Below, in pieces: positions 11,901 through 24,958 of a stretch of DNA of 64,000 nt; position 1 is the first letter of the stretch, and every line of letters starts with the position of its first letter. This stretch comes from Macrostomum hystrix (lineage: Eukaryota > Animalia > Platyhelminthes). Under the pieces are notes generated by a model. It had not been told where the DNA came from. It did no database searches and saw only the letters and a list, made by a program, of their open reading frames with translations. The stretch is taken from positions 558,001 to 622,000 of the forward strand of contig CATNEN010000005.1 in assembly GCA_950097015.1 (NCBI GenBank), in the 5' to 3' direction. A program made the translations under genes and the position numbers.

Positions 11901-14900
11901 TTATATCTCCCGTGTCTCATCTCTCCCGTGTCTTCTATCTCCCGTGTCTCATCTCTCCCGTGTCTTATATCTCCCGTGTCTCATCTCTCCCGTGTCTTAT
12001 ATCTCCCGTGTCTTATATCTCCCGTGTCTCATCTCTCCCGTGTCTCATCTCTCCCGTGTCTTATATCTCCCGTGTCTCATCTCTCCCGTGTCTCATCTCT
12101 CCTGTGTCTCATCTCTCCCGTGTCTCATCTCTCCTGTGTCTCATCTCTCCCGTGTCTCATCTATCCCGTGTCTCATCTCTCCCGTGTCTCATCTCTCCCG
12201 TGTCTCATCTCTCCAGTGTCTGATCTCTCCCGTGTCTCATCTCTCCCGTGTCTCATCTCTCCCGTGTCTCATCTCTCCCGTGTCTCATCTCTCCCGTGTT
12301 ACATCTCTCCCGTGTCTCATCTTTCCAGTGTCTCATCTCTCCCGTGTCTCATCTCTCCAGTGTCTCATCTCTCCCGTGTCTCATCTCTCCCGTGTCTCAT
12401 CTCTCCCGTGTCTTATCTCTTCCGTGTCTCATCTCTCCCATGTCTCATCTCTCCCGTGTCTCATCTCTCCCGTGTCTCATATCTCCCCTTTCTTATCTCT
12501 CCCGTGCCTCATCTTTTTCCTGTCTCATATCTTCCCTGCCACTAAGTGTGACAGAAAGTGAACAAATATTTCAGACTCCGAGCTCGCGGTCTTCGCTTAC
12601 TGAACTTCACGCACCAGCAGCCGGATAATCCGGTATTCGTTGAGCTCTACCGCGCCATGAATGCCACTAACTTCGATGGCGTTAGTTCGCGTGTGTACTT
12701 CGACTCGTTGGGCAATAGAATCGCTTGGACTCAAATTGAACAGCTCGTTAATGGTCGGTATAGGACAATTGGTCGGTACCAGGTGCGATATTCACTTTCG
12801 AATATTTTTAGTTCAGCAGTTCATTAATTTTAATTTTATCCCCATTGGATATATTATTTCAAATCAACACCCAAACTTATTATTGCTCAGCTGCAAAATT
12901 ATTCCCCCTAATAGGTCAATTCCAAATTATCCCCTAAAATTATAATTTATTCCAACAGATTCTAAATACATCTTTAGATGCAATATTATTCGCTCAGATT
13001 CAAAATGATCCTCACGGATTCAAAATTATCCCATCAGATTCAAAATTATCCCATCAGATTCAAAATTATCCCATCAGATTCAAAATTATCCCATCAGATT
13101 CAAAGTTATCCCATCAGATTCAAACTTATCCCATCAGATTCAAACTTATCCTAAAAGATTCAAAATTATCCCATCAGATTCAAAATTATCCCATCAGATT
13201 CAAAATTATCCCATCAGATTCAAACTTATCCCATCAGATTCAAACTTATCCTAAAAGATTCAAAATTATCCCATCAGATTCAAAATTATCCCATCAGATT
13301 CAAAATTATCCCATCAGATTCAAACTTATCCTAAAAGATTCAAAATTATCCCATCAGATTCAAAATTATCCCATCAGATTCAAAATTATCCCATCAGATT
13401 CAAAATTATCCCATCAGATTCAAAATTATCCCATCAGATTCAAACTTATCCTAAAAGATTCAAAATTATCCCATCAGATTCAAAATGATCCGATCAGATT
13501 AAAAATTATCCCATCAGATTCAAAATTATCCCCTCAGATTCAAAATTATCCCCTTAATATCATATTTTATCCCAAAATATTCAAAATTATCCCCTCAGAT
13601 TCTGTGTCCTCAGTTTCATAAATATTTCCACCGATTAGAATTATCTTTACAGATTCTAAATTATCCCTTTGATTCAAAATTTTCCCTTCTGATAAGGAAA
13701 AATTATCGGTAAGATTTGTAAGATTCGTGAGATCCCCTTATTAGCTTCCTAATTCTCGCCAATGCCATCAATGGCCCAGGTGCAAGAGGACAAGCTAGAA
13801 TTGGAGCGCGAACCAGTCTGGCCAGGCGGTGTTCGACCCCGCTCCGAGCCGCTAATTCAGCCGCTGTATCGGCCAGTGAACGCCGCGCTTTACTGCATCA
13901 TGTCAGTCCTGGCCTGCTTGGGTCTGCTGGCCTGCGCCTCTGGCGCCGTGTTCCTTTGGCGCTACAGGCGCCACCGCGTTGTTGCCTGCAGCCAGCCGGT
14001 GCTGCACGGCGTCATGCTGGCCGGCTGCGCGCTCAGCCTCCTAGCTGTCATCGTCTACGGCGTGGACAGATTCAATGGCGGCTTAGTCAACGTGTCGCCT
14101 GCTAATTTCCGGATTTTGTGCCACGCCAAGGTATTTTTTAATAGATTTGTCCTTGTTAGACTACTGACTGCTTCTCAGTAGGCAATTCAACATCCGCTGC
14201 TCCGCCCTCCACTCCTCACTTTCCGCACTCCACTCCTCACTTTCCGCCCTCCACTCCTCACTTTCCGCCCTCCATTCCTCACTTTCCGCCCTACACTCCA
14301 GACTTTCCGCCCTCCATTCCTCCATTTCCACCATCCAATCGTCACTTTCCGCCCTCCATTCCTCACTTTCCGCCCTCCACTCCACACTTTCCGCCCTCCA
14401 CTCCTCACTTTCCGCCCTCCACTCCACACTTTCCGCCCTCCACTCCTCACTTTCCCATCACCTAAACTAGCACGCGCATCAAGCTACTCACAGTAAGCCA
14501 GTACGTGTTTTCGCATCCACCCCAATCTCGCCATTCAAAGGCCTGGCTACTGTCACTAGGCTTCACCGGCGCCTACGGCTCGCTATTCGCCAAAACCTGG
14601 AGCGTCTATAGGCTGGCCACGGGGCGGCGTGGGGCCACCCAGCTAGAACCCTACGCCTTCGTGGCCGTCCTATTCCTACTAGACGCCGCGTTCCTGTCGG
14701 CCTGGCAGGCCAAAGATCCCATGACTATGAAACGGGAAATATTCCGCATTGAAAGATCGGACGACGATGTCGAATATGAGCCCTACAGTAATAGTTGCGA
14801 GTCGAAGAACGGTGCAGTTTGGCTGGGAATTCTGCTCGGCTGGAAGGGACTTCTGCTGCTATTTGGCTTGCTATTGGCCTACGAGACACGAAATGTTAAA

Positions 14901-15515
14901 CTGAAGCAGGTGAGGCCTTCAGAACTGACTCTTTTCACTCTATGCCTCTCTCTCTACTCTCTATGCCTCTGTCTCTACTCTCTATGCCTCTCTCTCTACT
15001 CTCTATGCCTCTGTCTCTACTCTCTATGCCTCTCTCTCTACTCTCTATGCCTCTGTTTCCACTCTCTATGCCTCTGTCTTAACTCTATGCCTCTTTCTCG
15101 ACTCTCTATGCCTCTGTCTCAACTCTCTATGCCTCTGTTTCCACTCTCTATGCCTCTGTCTTAACTCTATGCCTCTTTCTCGACTCTCTATGCCTCTGTC
15201 TCAACTCTCTATGCCTCTGTCTCCACTCTCTATGCCTCTGTCTAATGCTAATCCAATCAACCTGCAGGTGTGGGACAGTCGGTTCGCCGGCATGGCGGTC
15301 TACAACACTGTCGTCCTGTGCGTCATTACCGCCCCTGTGACGCTGATAATCAGCGCCCAGGAGACGGCCATCTTCGCCTTCGTCAGCATCGCCGCCTGGC
15401 TCTGCTGCGTCCTTAGCCTCGGCCTTCTATTCCTGCCCAAAGTGGCCGAGGTGGTCAAATCTCGCTCCAGCGACGCCAAAACCAATGGCGGCGCTAGCGG
15501 CGTTGCAGACGGTGT

Positions 15516-15548
<33 letters not shown>

Positions 15549-16660
15549 AGGCGGCGGCGGAGGAGGAGGAGGCGGCGGTCACGGCGGTTCGGTTAGCTAA
15601 CAATATCCCCGCTTCCTAATATAAAATTATCGAGGCACTTAAAACCTACAGTGATACGATAAAGATTTTAGGTACGTTTGTACTTTTGAGGACTAAGCCG
15701 GAAAACTATTTAAATAGTCAAGTACTATGCCGCAAAATCTTAGGAGGTATTTCGCCTCTCGCGCCGAGGTCCCTGAGCTCGATTCCGCGGCGAGGCCACA
15801 TTCATTTAGGGCGCAGCCGCGGAGAGAAGGCTCGGGGGGCTTGTCGTGCAATTTAGGCTCTTGAGGGCCAACCTCGAAGGCACAATGAGAAAGTCACGTC
15901 AGATCACCCTGCTTGAGCGTGTGCCTGCGTCCGTAGTGTCCACAGCCCTCATGCAATTGCTATTTTTTTTATTCCGTGCAGTCAGCACTTGATTACAATA
16001 GAGAAAATTTGGCGTTTGAAAAAAATAATATTTAGAAAAATTATAAATAATTATAATTATATTATATTAAAAATTTTAATAACTAAAAAGCACTTCGAAT
16101 GCAAAAGTACACGCGCACTTTAAAAAGTACATTTTTAACATAGTAAATTTTTTTCCCGAAATAATTAATCTTTTTATCATAACTCTAAATTTAAATAATT
16201 TAACCATCAAATTTTGGTCTGGCTGAAATACTTATTGTAGGAAAAAATATACAGCCATTTAGTTCGCGATAATGCTTTTTGTTATAATGTACTGAACGGA
16301 CACTTTCCGGCTTTAAACACGTTTTGTAACAAAGGTCTCCAAAGAGGAGGAAGAGCGCTACGCCCACATGCTGGAGGAGAATGACAAACTTCGCGGCCAG
16401 ATAAGCAACTGCGACCTTCGCCTGCGCAGTCTGAACAAGCAGCTGGCCGACTGGATGGGCAATTGCGGCGCCGGCGGCGGCGGAGGCGGCACTAGGATGA
16501 GCACGGATGCCGTGGGCGGCTGCGGAGCAGCTGACGGAGGAGGCAGCAGTCGCGGTGGTCAACGCGGTGGCGGTTTGGCTATGGAAATCGCGGAGGCCAC
16601 AAGCGGTTTCTACTCGTGCTCTGATGTCGTGGCTTCGTCGAGCCGGATGCTGTACACGTG

Positions 16661-16695
<35 letters not shown>

Positions 16696-16748
16696 GCAAC
16701 TGTCTGCCAGCTGCTTCTGATCTGCTGTCAACTGAGACCTATCTGTGA
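8907..16748 (+). CDS. GABBR1: GABA-B receptor subunit 1, 9 exons (8907-9565, 10860-10923, 10993-11178, 11249-11394, 12575-12782, 13780-14130, 14541-14909, 15268-15591, 16335-16748)
   Basis: Signal peptide. Venus-flytrap motif [46 protein letters not shown] is near-identical to GABBR1. YDAVWALALA; 7TM with SLFAKTWSVY, GLLLAYETRNVK, DSRFAGMAVYN; C-terminal coiled coil EEERYAHMLEENDKLR. All junctions are GT-AG with consistent phases. Confidence 0.95.
9640..10685. repeat. 20/21-bp minisatellite in GABBR1 intron 1 (TTCTCTGATTCTTTACAACT)
   Basis: ~50 visible units. Confidence 0.95.
11490..12535. repeat. 16-bp minisatellite (CTCCCGTGTCTCATCT) in GABBR1 intron 4
   Basis: ~65 units; same family at 34400-34610 and 44960-45425. 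Confidence 0.95.
13000..13565. repeat. 20-bp minisatellite in GABBR1 intron 5 (TCAAAATTATCCCATCAGAT)
   Basis: Visible tandem units. Confidence 0.93.
14195..14455. repeat. 21-bp minisatellite in GABBR1 intron 6
   Basis: CTCCACTCCTCACTTTCCGCC units. Confidence 0.9.
14930..15245. repeat. 21-bp minisatellite in GABBR1 intron 7
   Basis: CTCTATGCCTCTGTCT...ACT units. Confidence 0.9.
15765..15955 (+). mobile_element. tRNA-headed SINE family copy in GABBR1 intron 8
   Basis: GGTCCCTGAGCTCGATTCCGCGGCGAGGCCAC...GAGAAGGCTCGGGGGGCTTGTCGTGCA aligns with 59392-59620. Confidence 0.8.
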
Positions 16749-17639
16749 CCTGTTTTGAGTTCATCTAGATCCCCATTTACCAGATTCTGATTCCCATCTT
16801 AACATCTCATAACAACTATAACTACCATAATATGATTTGAATGTATCTGCAGTATAGTTATAAAATAGTTTGTTTAGTCCATAGTACTCGTAGACTATTT
16901 TGCAGCTAAAATGAGATTTATAACTGTTTTGTGTCTAGTTTGCATTGTTGCAATGTGATAGTGTAGATAGCTTAAATCTCGTCATTTACAAAAAATATTC
17001 TAACCCTAAAATTAAATTTTATTTTCCTAACCTATTGATAACAGCTTTGTTGAAATATTCTTGTCAGAACTTTTCCTTTTGTTTAAACAAAATCTTGCCC
17101 CACTTACTAAGTTAATTTTCGAATTTTAAGAATGACCGAGCATTCACCCACCTTGCTGCTTAACCTATTCTACTTTCTCATTGTTGCCGCATATTGCATT
17201 GCAGTACATTGTATAGTGCAGTTAGTACAAAATTCCTTTGGTTTGTATTATTATAGTTTGGCCTTAATTGGCACATCGATTTATTGGTTTATTAATATAA
17301 GCATTTCATATTTTTAATAGACAAACGTTTCTTAACAGTGCAATATTTTATTTAACTCTAAATTATATAGCTTTCTGTGTATTCGCCCGCATTGATTAAA
17401 ACTATTTCTAGTCTTTGAATTTACAAATAATTGACATTTAAGAACAAGAGTAAAATTCTGCACTGCAGAATAAAACTGCACCATAATATGATCTCAACGT
17501 ATCAGCAGTATAGTTATAATATTGTTTGTTTCGTCCATAGTAGACTATTTTGGAGCTAAAATAAGATTTTTATAATGTTAGAACATTAAGCGACTATTTT
17601 CCTCCACAGGAATGAAAATTTTTGCTTATATATTTTCAA

Positions 17640-17930
17640 TTTGTTCCGGACTGGGCTATTTCTTATCGCATCCAAGGTCAGTTGTCACGTGATGTTTATG
17701 AGACTATAAATTCAGTGCAGTTCAGGACTGGACTATTTATTTATCGCATCTAAAGGTCAGTTGTCACGTGATGTTTATGAGACTGTAGATTTAGTGCAGT
17801 GATCAGGACTGGACTATTTCTTATCCCAGTCAAGGTCAGTTGTCACGTGATGTTTATGAGACTGTAAATTTAGTGCAGTTCAGGTCTGGGCTATTTCTTA
17901 TCCTAGTCAAGGTCAGTTGTCACGTGATTT
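17640..17930. repeat. ~78-bp tandem repeat, ~4 copies
   Basis: GGTCAGTTGTCACGTGAT recurs at 17676, 17755, 17834, 17911. Confidence 0.9.
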
Positions 17931-18570
17931 TGGAGAAATAAAACTCTAGCCCCTGGTCTATTAAATGCTTTTAACCAGTTTGCTATATCAAACGATTTTT
18001 AAAGTTCATGAATAATTTGTTTGATCGACGCATGATCGATTCTATTTTTTAAGAAGTTTGTGTGAAACTTATTGCTTTTACGTAAAGTAAAAAATGCTCG
18101 ATAGAGTTTAAGTACGAGCTAGATGCAGCTATTCCTCGTTGTTTTGTCTTTTCCCAATTGCAATTTTTTATATATAGAATTTTCTGTTCTATATTATTTA
18201 ATAGTCAGCGTTACAAATATGCAGCGCTATTTAAATATAAACTATAACGCTCGTTCACACAACCTTTTTACTTTGTCCTGTGCAACTATCTACGTGTACA
18301 TGTATAGGAGAACGATTTTTCTCGGAAGTTTTAGTGTACTTATTTTGCTATATATAGGACATAAACCACTTAAAAATTTAACACACGACTGAACATATTA
18401 CAACCCTAGCCGCCAGATACATTGAATCTCGCTTCCAAGCAACTATATGGATCTCTCTTGACAATGCTCGCAATTATCACTGAAAAAACGACGAGCAGAC
18501 AACCATTACTTATTCTACCGGAAGTATAGGCCTATGGTGGGAGCTTGCCTGGTGTGGTGTGAACAATTAA

Positions 18571-19178
18571 CAGTAGAACTACCAAGGGGGGGAATTCCCC
18601 CCCCTGACAATTTTTTTGCTGCACCCGAACGGAACAATGCAAGCACACGAAACTCAAGAACACGGGCCAACTTTTTGTTGCGCATCTTCTGAAACAAGAA
18701 ACAAGTCGCAAGCTGTTCAGACCGTCGAGATATTCAATGTTTCTGGCCGAAGGTCCGATTTTCCCATAAGAGCTAGTGTATTTCATACACCCCTATACAC
18801 GAATTTGCACTGCGCCTCAGTGCGGCCTTTCCAGACCTTCAAACTTGATCAGCATGTCAACTGAATGTGCCTGCATCATCTCCGTCTTTGGTGGTCACCT
18901 ACCTTTATCTAGACCGACTGCGGGACCTTCAAATGCAAAAAGTGTGGAAGTTAAATAGGCCACTCTGGACACCCTGACGCGATTTTCTAAAATTTCACTG
19001 CTGAAGCCTAAATATTAGGCGCAGCTCAACTACAGGACACCATCGCCTAGTCTGTCAACCAATCAGTCACCACCCTACGCGGTTAGCTTTCAGGCGCTGC
19101 CAAAGAATGTTCTCAGGGGGGGGGGGAATTCCCCCCTTCGTATAAAACCGGCGGCAAAATGGCTTGGTAGTCCTACTG
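18571..19178. mobile_element. 608-bp non-autonomous DNA transposon (MITE) flanked by TTAA
   Basis: TTAA|CAGTAGAACTACCAAG ... CTTGGTAGTCCTACTG|TTAA (15/16 inverted match); subterminal palindrome GGGGGGAATTCCCCCC near both ends. Confidence 0.8.
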
Positions 19179-19970
19179 TTAAGTGACTATGATGACCACC
19201 ATGGTGTTTTAGAAAGGACAGTATAAAATTTTATAAATCAACTTTTTTCCTTCGAAGTGAGCTTAATAAACGGGTGCTGAAACCCGGTCGGAAACCACAA
19301 ATAACTAATTAACTTATTGTATTTTAGTTTTAAATACTTTAGTCTTTTAACTTTAGTTCTAAGTACGGCGGGCGCAGCCACGATGGCTCGAGAAGGGCTG
19401 ACTTTGACTCAATCTTTCTCATTGAGTCTCACCCTATTGCTGACATCAAACTTAAAAAATGATTTCTTTCGTTCGTACAATTATATCTAGTAGTTTTTAC
19501 GTAGATTCTCTACTCTTCGTCTGTACCCATCTCATCCCGCATCACTTGAAACAAAATATTCGTGAGCAAAAAAAGGAATTGCACACGTTTAAACGTTTGT
19601 AAAAAGATTATCGTACCGAAAGAGTTTTCTAAGAAATATCCTTTTAATATCAAAAGTCCTTCATTAAATCTCAGAAATTCACTGGTTTACTGGATTGATT
19701 CGGAAAAAATATTCATAGACAAAAGTAAGGTACTCGTAGTTGTTCTCAATCTAAAAGAGCTTAGAAAAACTGTAAGGAGTAAAGGCATCAGAGATCAAAG
19801 TGGTAATAATTTTCGCTTAAACAGTCATTCCCGCCCTCAGGCTAGAACATAATAAAATGTATGCATAAAATAATTATCTCATGTCAAGGTCTCACCGGAA
19901 TAGCTAGTAGTAGATAAATATCGGCTAAGCTTCTTATCGCTTTTTCTATGATTAATCAAATATATTCAAA

Positions 19971-20051
19971 CTAGACATTGCATCCCACGGTGCATGCATG
20001 AAACCCATCAGTCTGCTTGTGCTCATGCTCTTGGCCTAGCTGCTGCTGCTG

Positions 20052-20094
<43 letters not shown>

Positions 20095-23000
20095 GCCTTA
20101 GTCTTGCGTTGCCAAGGCCAAACTGTCGTAGAAGTGGCTGGACATAGGGCCAGCGCAATCAGGTCGTGCAGCAGCTCCAACACTTCAACAATAGTGAGCA
20201 CAGAGCAGCCAAGGTATAAGCCGAAAATTCCGCCAACTTCCGCGAAAAGCTCGTAGCTAGTGTACGCCAGGGAAACTTGCACACGAGTGCCGAGTTGGCT
20301 AACACCGCTCAGCTTGAGTAGCATGGCTTGGTTGCGCAGGTCCTGAAAGTTGCTCTTATTACTGGCACTGTTAGCCAGAAATTCAAACAGCGGCTTGGGC
20401 TGCGGGTCGGTCTTCAAGCTCTGTCTGAGCGCCAACAGTAGTCGCTCCCTGCTACCATCCTCTGGCCACTTAGACGATGACCACGTCACGCTGTAAACGA
20501 GTCGCTGACACGGCTTTCGCTTGGAGCAAATCAGTGCTGCGTCTCTAGCTGCGAACCTTAAGGTGGTCAGGTTCAGGCTGTCGCCGACAGTGGCAGACGC
20601 TGGTAGCGACCAATTGTAACAATTCCCCAGTCTAACCTCGCCATCACTACCAGGCGGGCTAACTAAGTACATCGGTGACGGATGAATGCCCTCCGTGCAG
20701 TTATAGAAGTTGAACTGCCTGGTTAGGAGCTCTGACAAAGAATGGTTTAACAGATATTAGGCGCGTGAACAATCCCTATCTCTCGTTTGAAATGCATTTA
20801 GCACCTCTCACACATTTTAGCAAGACTTCATCGCCTTTTCAGCGTGTCAAATCCTCACCCGTCACTATTTCAACAGCTATTACACCCTTCAACCTAGCCG
20901 TTCGAAAGATTGAATCATTAACACCACTCACCAGCTATTTTAATACCGTCAACACCCTATACACCGATTTTAAATAGCGTCAACAACGCCAACCCTCCTC
21001 AGATAAGAAATCGCATCAATACCCCTCCGCTCCCCCCGTTTATTTTAAACAGTGTCAACACCCCCCAGCGCTCCGCCTTTTTTAAACCGAGTCAACACCC
21101 CCAGCGCTCCGCTATTTTAAAAAGAGTCAACAACCCTCCGCCCTCCACCCATTTTAAACAGCGTCAACAGCATTAGCGCTCCGCTTATTTTAAACCGAGT
21201 CAACACCCCCAGCGCTCCGCTATTTTAAAAAGAGTCAACAACCCTCCGCCCTCCACCCATTTTAAACAGCGTCAACACCCTTAGCGCTCCGCTTATTTTA
21301 AACCGAGTCAACACCCCCAGCGCTCCGCTATTTTAAAAAGAGTCAACAACCCTCCGCCCTCCGCTTATTTCAAACAGCGTCAGATACAACTATCAATACT
21401 ACTTACCTTGAAAGTAACAGTAGTCCTCACTATACTGAAACGAATACGGCTTAGTGTGATCGTAGGGATTTAGAAACTGAACCAGCTCTCCGGCTATCGA
21501 CTCGCTAAGGCATTCGCCGCCACCAAAGTCAGCCTCGCTATATTTCATCTCCGTCATGCTAATTCGAACTTCGGTGGCAAATCCAGGCGACAGAAGCAAT
21601 CCGGCCGACACAGGGCCGGGATAAGTGTTTCTCTCCGTTAGAAGCAGCCTCAATCCAGACATTGGGAACGGATCCCAGCCGTAGGCGAGACTCCACTGCC
21701 AAGTTGGCACGAACTGAGGCTTGCCATCGGGACCCATCGCTTCGAACTCGATCCGGTGTTTGGCCGGAAAGTTCGCACTATAAGCGTCGGCCATGAGAAC
21801 CAGCTCGATGCGGTTCATTGGAAAGCGCAGCATATTTCGTTCTAGTTCGGAGACCAGAACTCGAATACAACACAAATTCTCCGGGTGATAGAACGGCTCC
21901 CACTTCAACAGACGTAGGCTGCCATCACTTAGGTGGCTAACAGTCCAGGTGCCTTGATATTTGCCCAGAAGAATCATCTGGGACGGCCGGTGGCCAAGTC
22001 GGTCAGCTAGGAGTCGATAGGGAAGCGAATTCACGGCTGTCTTCAGCTGGTCGGCGAATTCCATTGAGCTGGCGGTCTGCGAGATTTCGGTTTTATAACT
22101 TTGCGATTGTATTTTGGCTTTCAAGGGCCAGCTCGATCCACTAAGAGCGTTAAAGTAATTGTCGAAGGTCTAACGAAGATCCTTGCATAATCTCCCTAAC
22201 TTTGCCACCGTTTACTTCGATATCAAATGACAAAATTTAGATCTCGGATCCCCAATTCCTCCCTAACAGATCCACAAATCCTCCCCTCACAGATCCCCGA
22301 TTCCTCCCCTCACAGATCCCCAAATCCTCCCCTAACAGATCCCCAAATCCTCCCCTAACAGATCCCCAAATCCTCCCGTCACAGATCCCCGATTCCTCCC
22401 TCACAGATCCCCAAATCCTCCCCTCACAGATCCCCGATTCCTCCCTCACAGATCCCTGATTCCTCCCCTAACAGATCCCCGATTCCTCCCCTCACAGATC
22501 CCCGATTTCTCCCTCACAGATCCCCGATTCCTCCCTCACAGATCCCCGATTCCTCCCCTCACAGATCCATAATTCCTCCCCTAACAGATCCCCGATTCCT
22601 CCCCTCACAGATCCCCGATTTCTCCCTCACAGATCCCCGATTCCTCCCATCACAGATCCCCGATTCCTCCCCTCACAGATCTCCGTTTCCTCCCCTCACA
22701 GATCCCCGATTCCTCCCCTCACAGATCCCCGATTCCTCCCATCACAGATCCCCGATTCCTCCCCTCACAGATCCCCGATTCCTCCCCTCACAGATCCCCA
22801 AATCCTCCCTTCACAGATCCCCGATTCCTCCCCTCACAGATGCCCAAATCCTCCCCTCACAGATCCCCGATTCCTCCCTCACAGATCCCCGATTCCTCCC
22901 CTTGAAGATCCCCGATTCCTCCCCTTAAAGATCCCCGATTCCTCCCCTCACAGATCCCCGATTTCTCTAATCCCTCCAATCGATCAATTATCGCCGCTCA

Positions 23001-23367
23001 CCCCACTGCCGTTCAGCCATCGCTTCGTGTTGTTGAGCCTGTATCGCAAATCAGCAGCCTCGGATTGGTTGAGACTGAGCGAGTAGCTGCCCGAAATCGC
23101 CACAGTCGGACAGATGTAAACGTCTGGAAACACAAAGTCGACATCGTCGGAGTAGATTGAGGTGCTGTGAGTCCGGCTGAGTAGTTTATTAACGCAGACG
23201 GACAAAGAGACGCCAAACCAGATGGCGAGAGACAAGAAGCTGATTAGCCAGCACAGTTTCAGGTGCAACGGTCTGTCACCAATTAGACGTGGCAGGCCGT
23301 GGGCGGTGGTGTCACTGGCGAACCTGTACACCGAGGCGCGAATAGTCTTAGAACGACCCGAAAGCAT
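19971..23367 (-). CDS. DEG/ENaC (amiloride-sensitive sodium channel) family subunit, 3 exons (23367-23002, 22076-21407, 20731-19971)
   Basis: N-terminal FASDTTAHGLPRL (HG motif), TM1, FPDVYIC, Cys-rich YSEDYCYFQ, and TM2 YELFAEVGGIFGLYLGCSVLTIVE with the GxS filter. Phases 0/1 are compatible. PolyQ tail. Confidence 0.9.
21030..21382. repeat. Higher-order repeat (108 bp = 3 x ~36 bp) in ENaC intron 2
   Basis: GTCAACACCCCCAGCGCTCC at 21091, 21199, 21307. Confidence 0.85.
22240..22972. repeat. 22-23-bp minisatellite in ENaC intron 1
   Basis: CAGATCCCCGATTCCTCCCCTCA units. Confidence 0.93.
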
Positions 23368-24509
23368 GACTGCAGGGGCGTAGATTTGATTCTCTACTGC
23401 TTCTCCACTGGAGTTTGACTATATGCAGGTAAATGGAAAGGTACTTATATATATACATAGCTGCATCAGATTTTGATTTAAGCAGCCACCAACAGAAGCA
23501 ACAGCCAATCAGAGACGGAACCAATTTGAAAATTAAACCCAATTGACAAATACATGTGGGATTGTATAACTCGTGTACACTTGAGTTGAGAACTGGATTT
23601 TATGATTGCCATGGCGAGTTATATTGAAGGCTATACGACCTATTTACTCGAGTGAAATCACATTTGTGAAGTATGTTTATGGGTATAAGAATCATTGTTT
23701 AATGATTCTGATATAAAATAATATACTCTGATAACCGTTTTCTCTGATACTCCATGTTGAGAGCACACTGTTACACATTTGAGGACATTGTTAGACAATT
23801 GAGCCCATTATTTAGACATTTGAGTACTCTGTTCGACATTTGAGCACTCTGTTAGACAGTTGAGCATTCTGTTAAGCACTATGTTGAGCACATTGTTACT
23901 CATTTGAGCCCACTGTTAAGGCGGTTGGGAACCCTGTTACACTGGCAAACTGTTAATAAAACAGACTAAATGGCATTTAACTGAAAACGTTGATTAAAGT
24001 ACATTCGGCTTAAAGTACCGAGTAAAAATCCTCGTTGAAAAAGGTGGATGCGGAGAAAAAAAAAGTGAATAGATTCAATTAATAAACTAGGCTTTCCCAG
24101 GTGCCTCTCAGGCTACATCTGCTCTATTTTTGAAGTAGGGGCCCACTGGAAGTATAACTCAAATATAATAATTAATTACTACTTAATTCTGCATTGCTTT
24201 ACTTCACCGAGCTGTTAAATGCGTACCAGCGTTAGCTGGGGAAATTGAGAGTTGGTGTGTCGTCCCCTTCAGTCCATGGAACACTAATTAATAAATTACT
24301 TACTACGACACTAATTAATTACTGACACTAACTATAGAATATAATGTTTCATTGAGTGATGAATTATACTCTTGCACTGAAGAATCAATGTTGATGGATA
24401 CAGCAATAGAAATTGTTATTAAGAAATAATTACAGTTGTTAAGTAAGCTAAATATAGTCAATAAGATTCTGACTGAAAAAAATTACTGAGTTTACTGATT
24501 ATTTAAATC

Positions 24510-24958
24510 CTGAAGTATTGCTGAATTCCTGAAGAACTGTTGGAGTCCTGAAGGATTGCTGAAGTCCTGAAGGAGTGTCTGAAGTCCTGAAGGATTGCCT
24601 GAAATCTTAAAGAACTGTTGGAGTCCTGAAGGATTGCTGAAGTCCTGAAGGATTGTTTGAAGTCTTGAAGAACTGTTGGAGTCCTATTGGAGTGTCTGAA
24701 GTCCTGAAGGATTGCCTGAAGTCTTGAAGAACTGTTGGAGTCCTAATGGAGTGTCTGAAGTCCTGAAGGATTGCCTGAAGTCTTAAACTGTTGGAGTCCT
24801 AATGGAGTGTCTGAAGTCCTAATGGAGTGTCTGAAGTCCTGAAGGATTGCCTGAAGTCTTGAAGAACTGCTGGAGTCCTAATGGAGTGTCTGAAGTCCTA
24901 ATGGAGTGTCTGAAGTCCTGAAGGATTGTCTGAAGTCCTGAAGGATTGCTGAAATCCG
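24510..24958. repeat. Composite minisatellite (CTGAAGTCCTGAAGGATTG...)
   Basis: Visible tandem units. Confidence 0.88.

Noticed and set aside
11479-12628. Long (SRVSSLPCLISPV)n ORFs up to 360 aa; also 44951-45428
   Set aside because: 16-bp satellite inside introns defined by the GABBR1 and LRR exon chains
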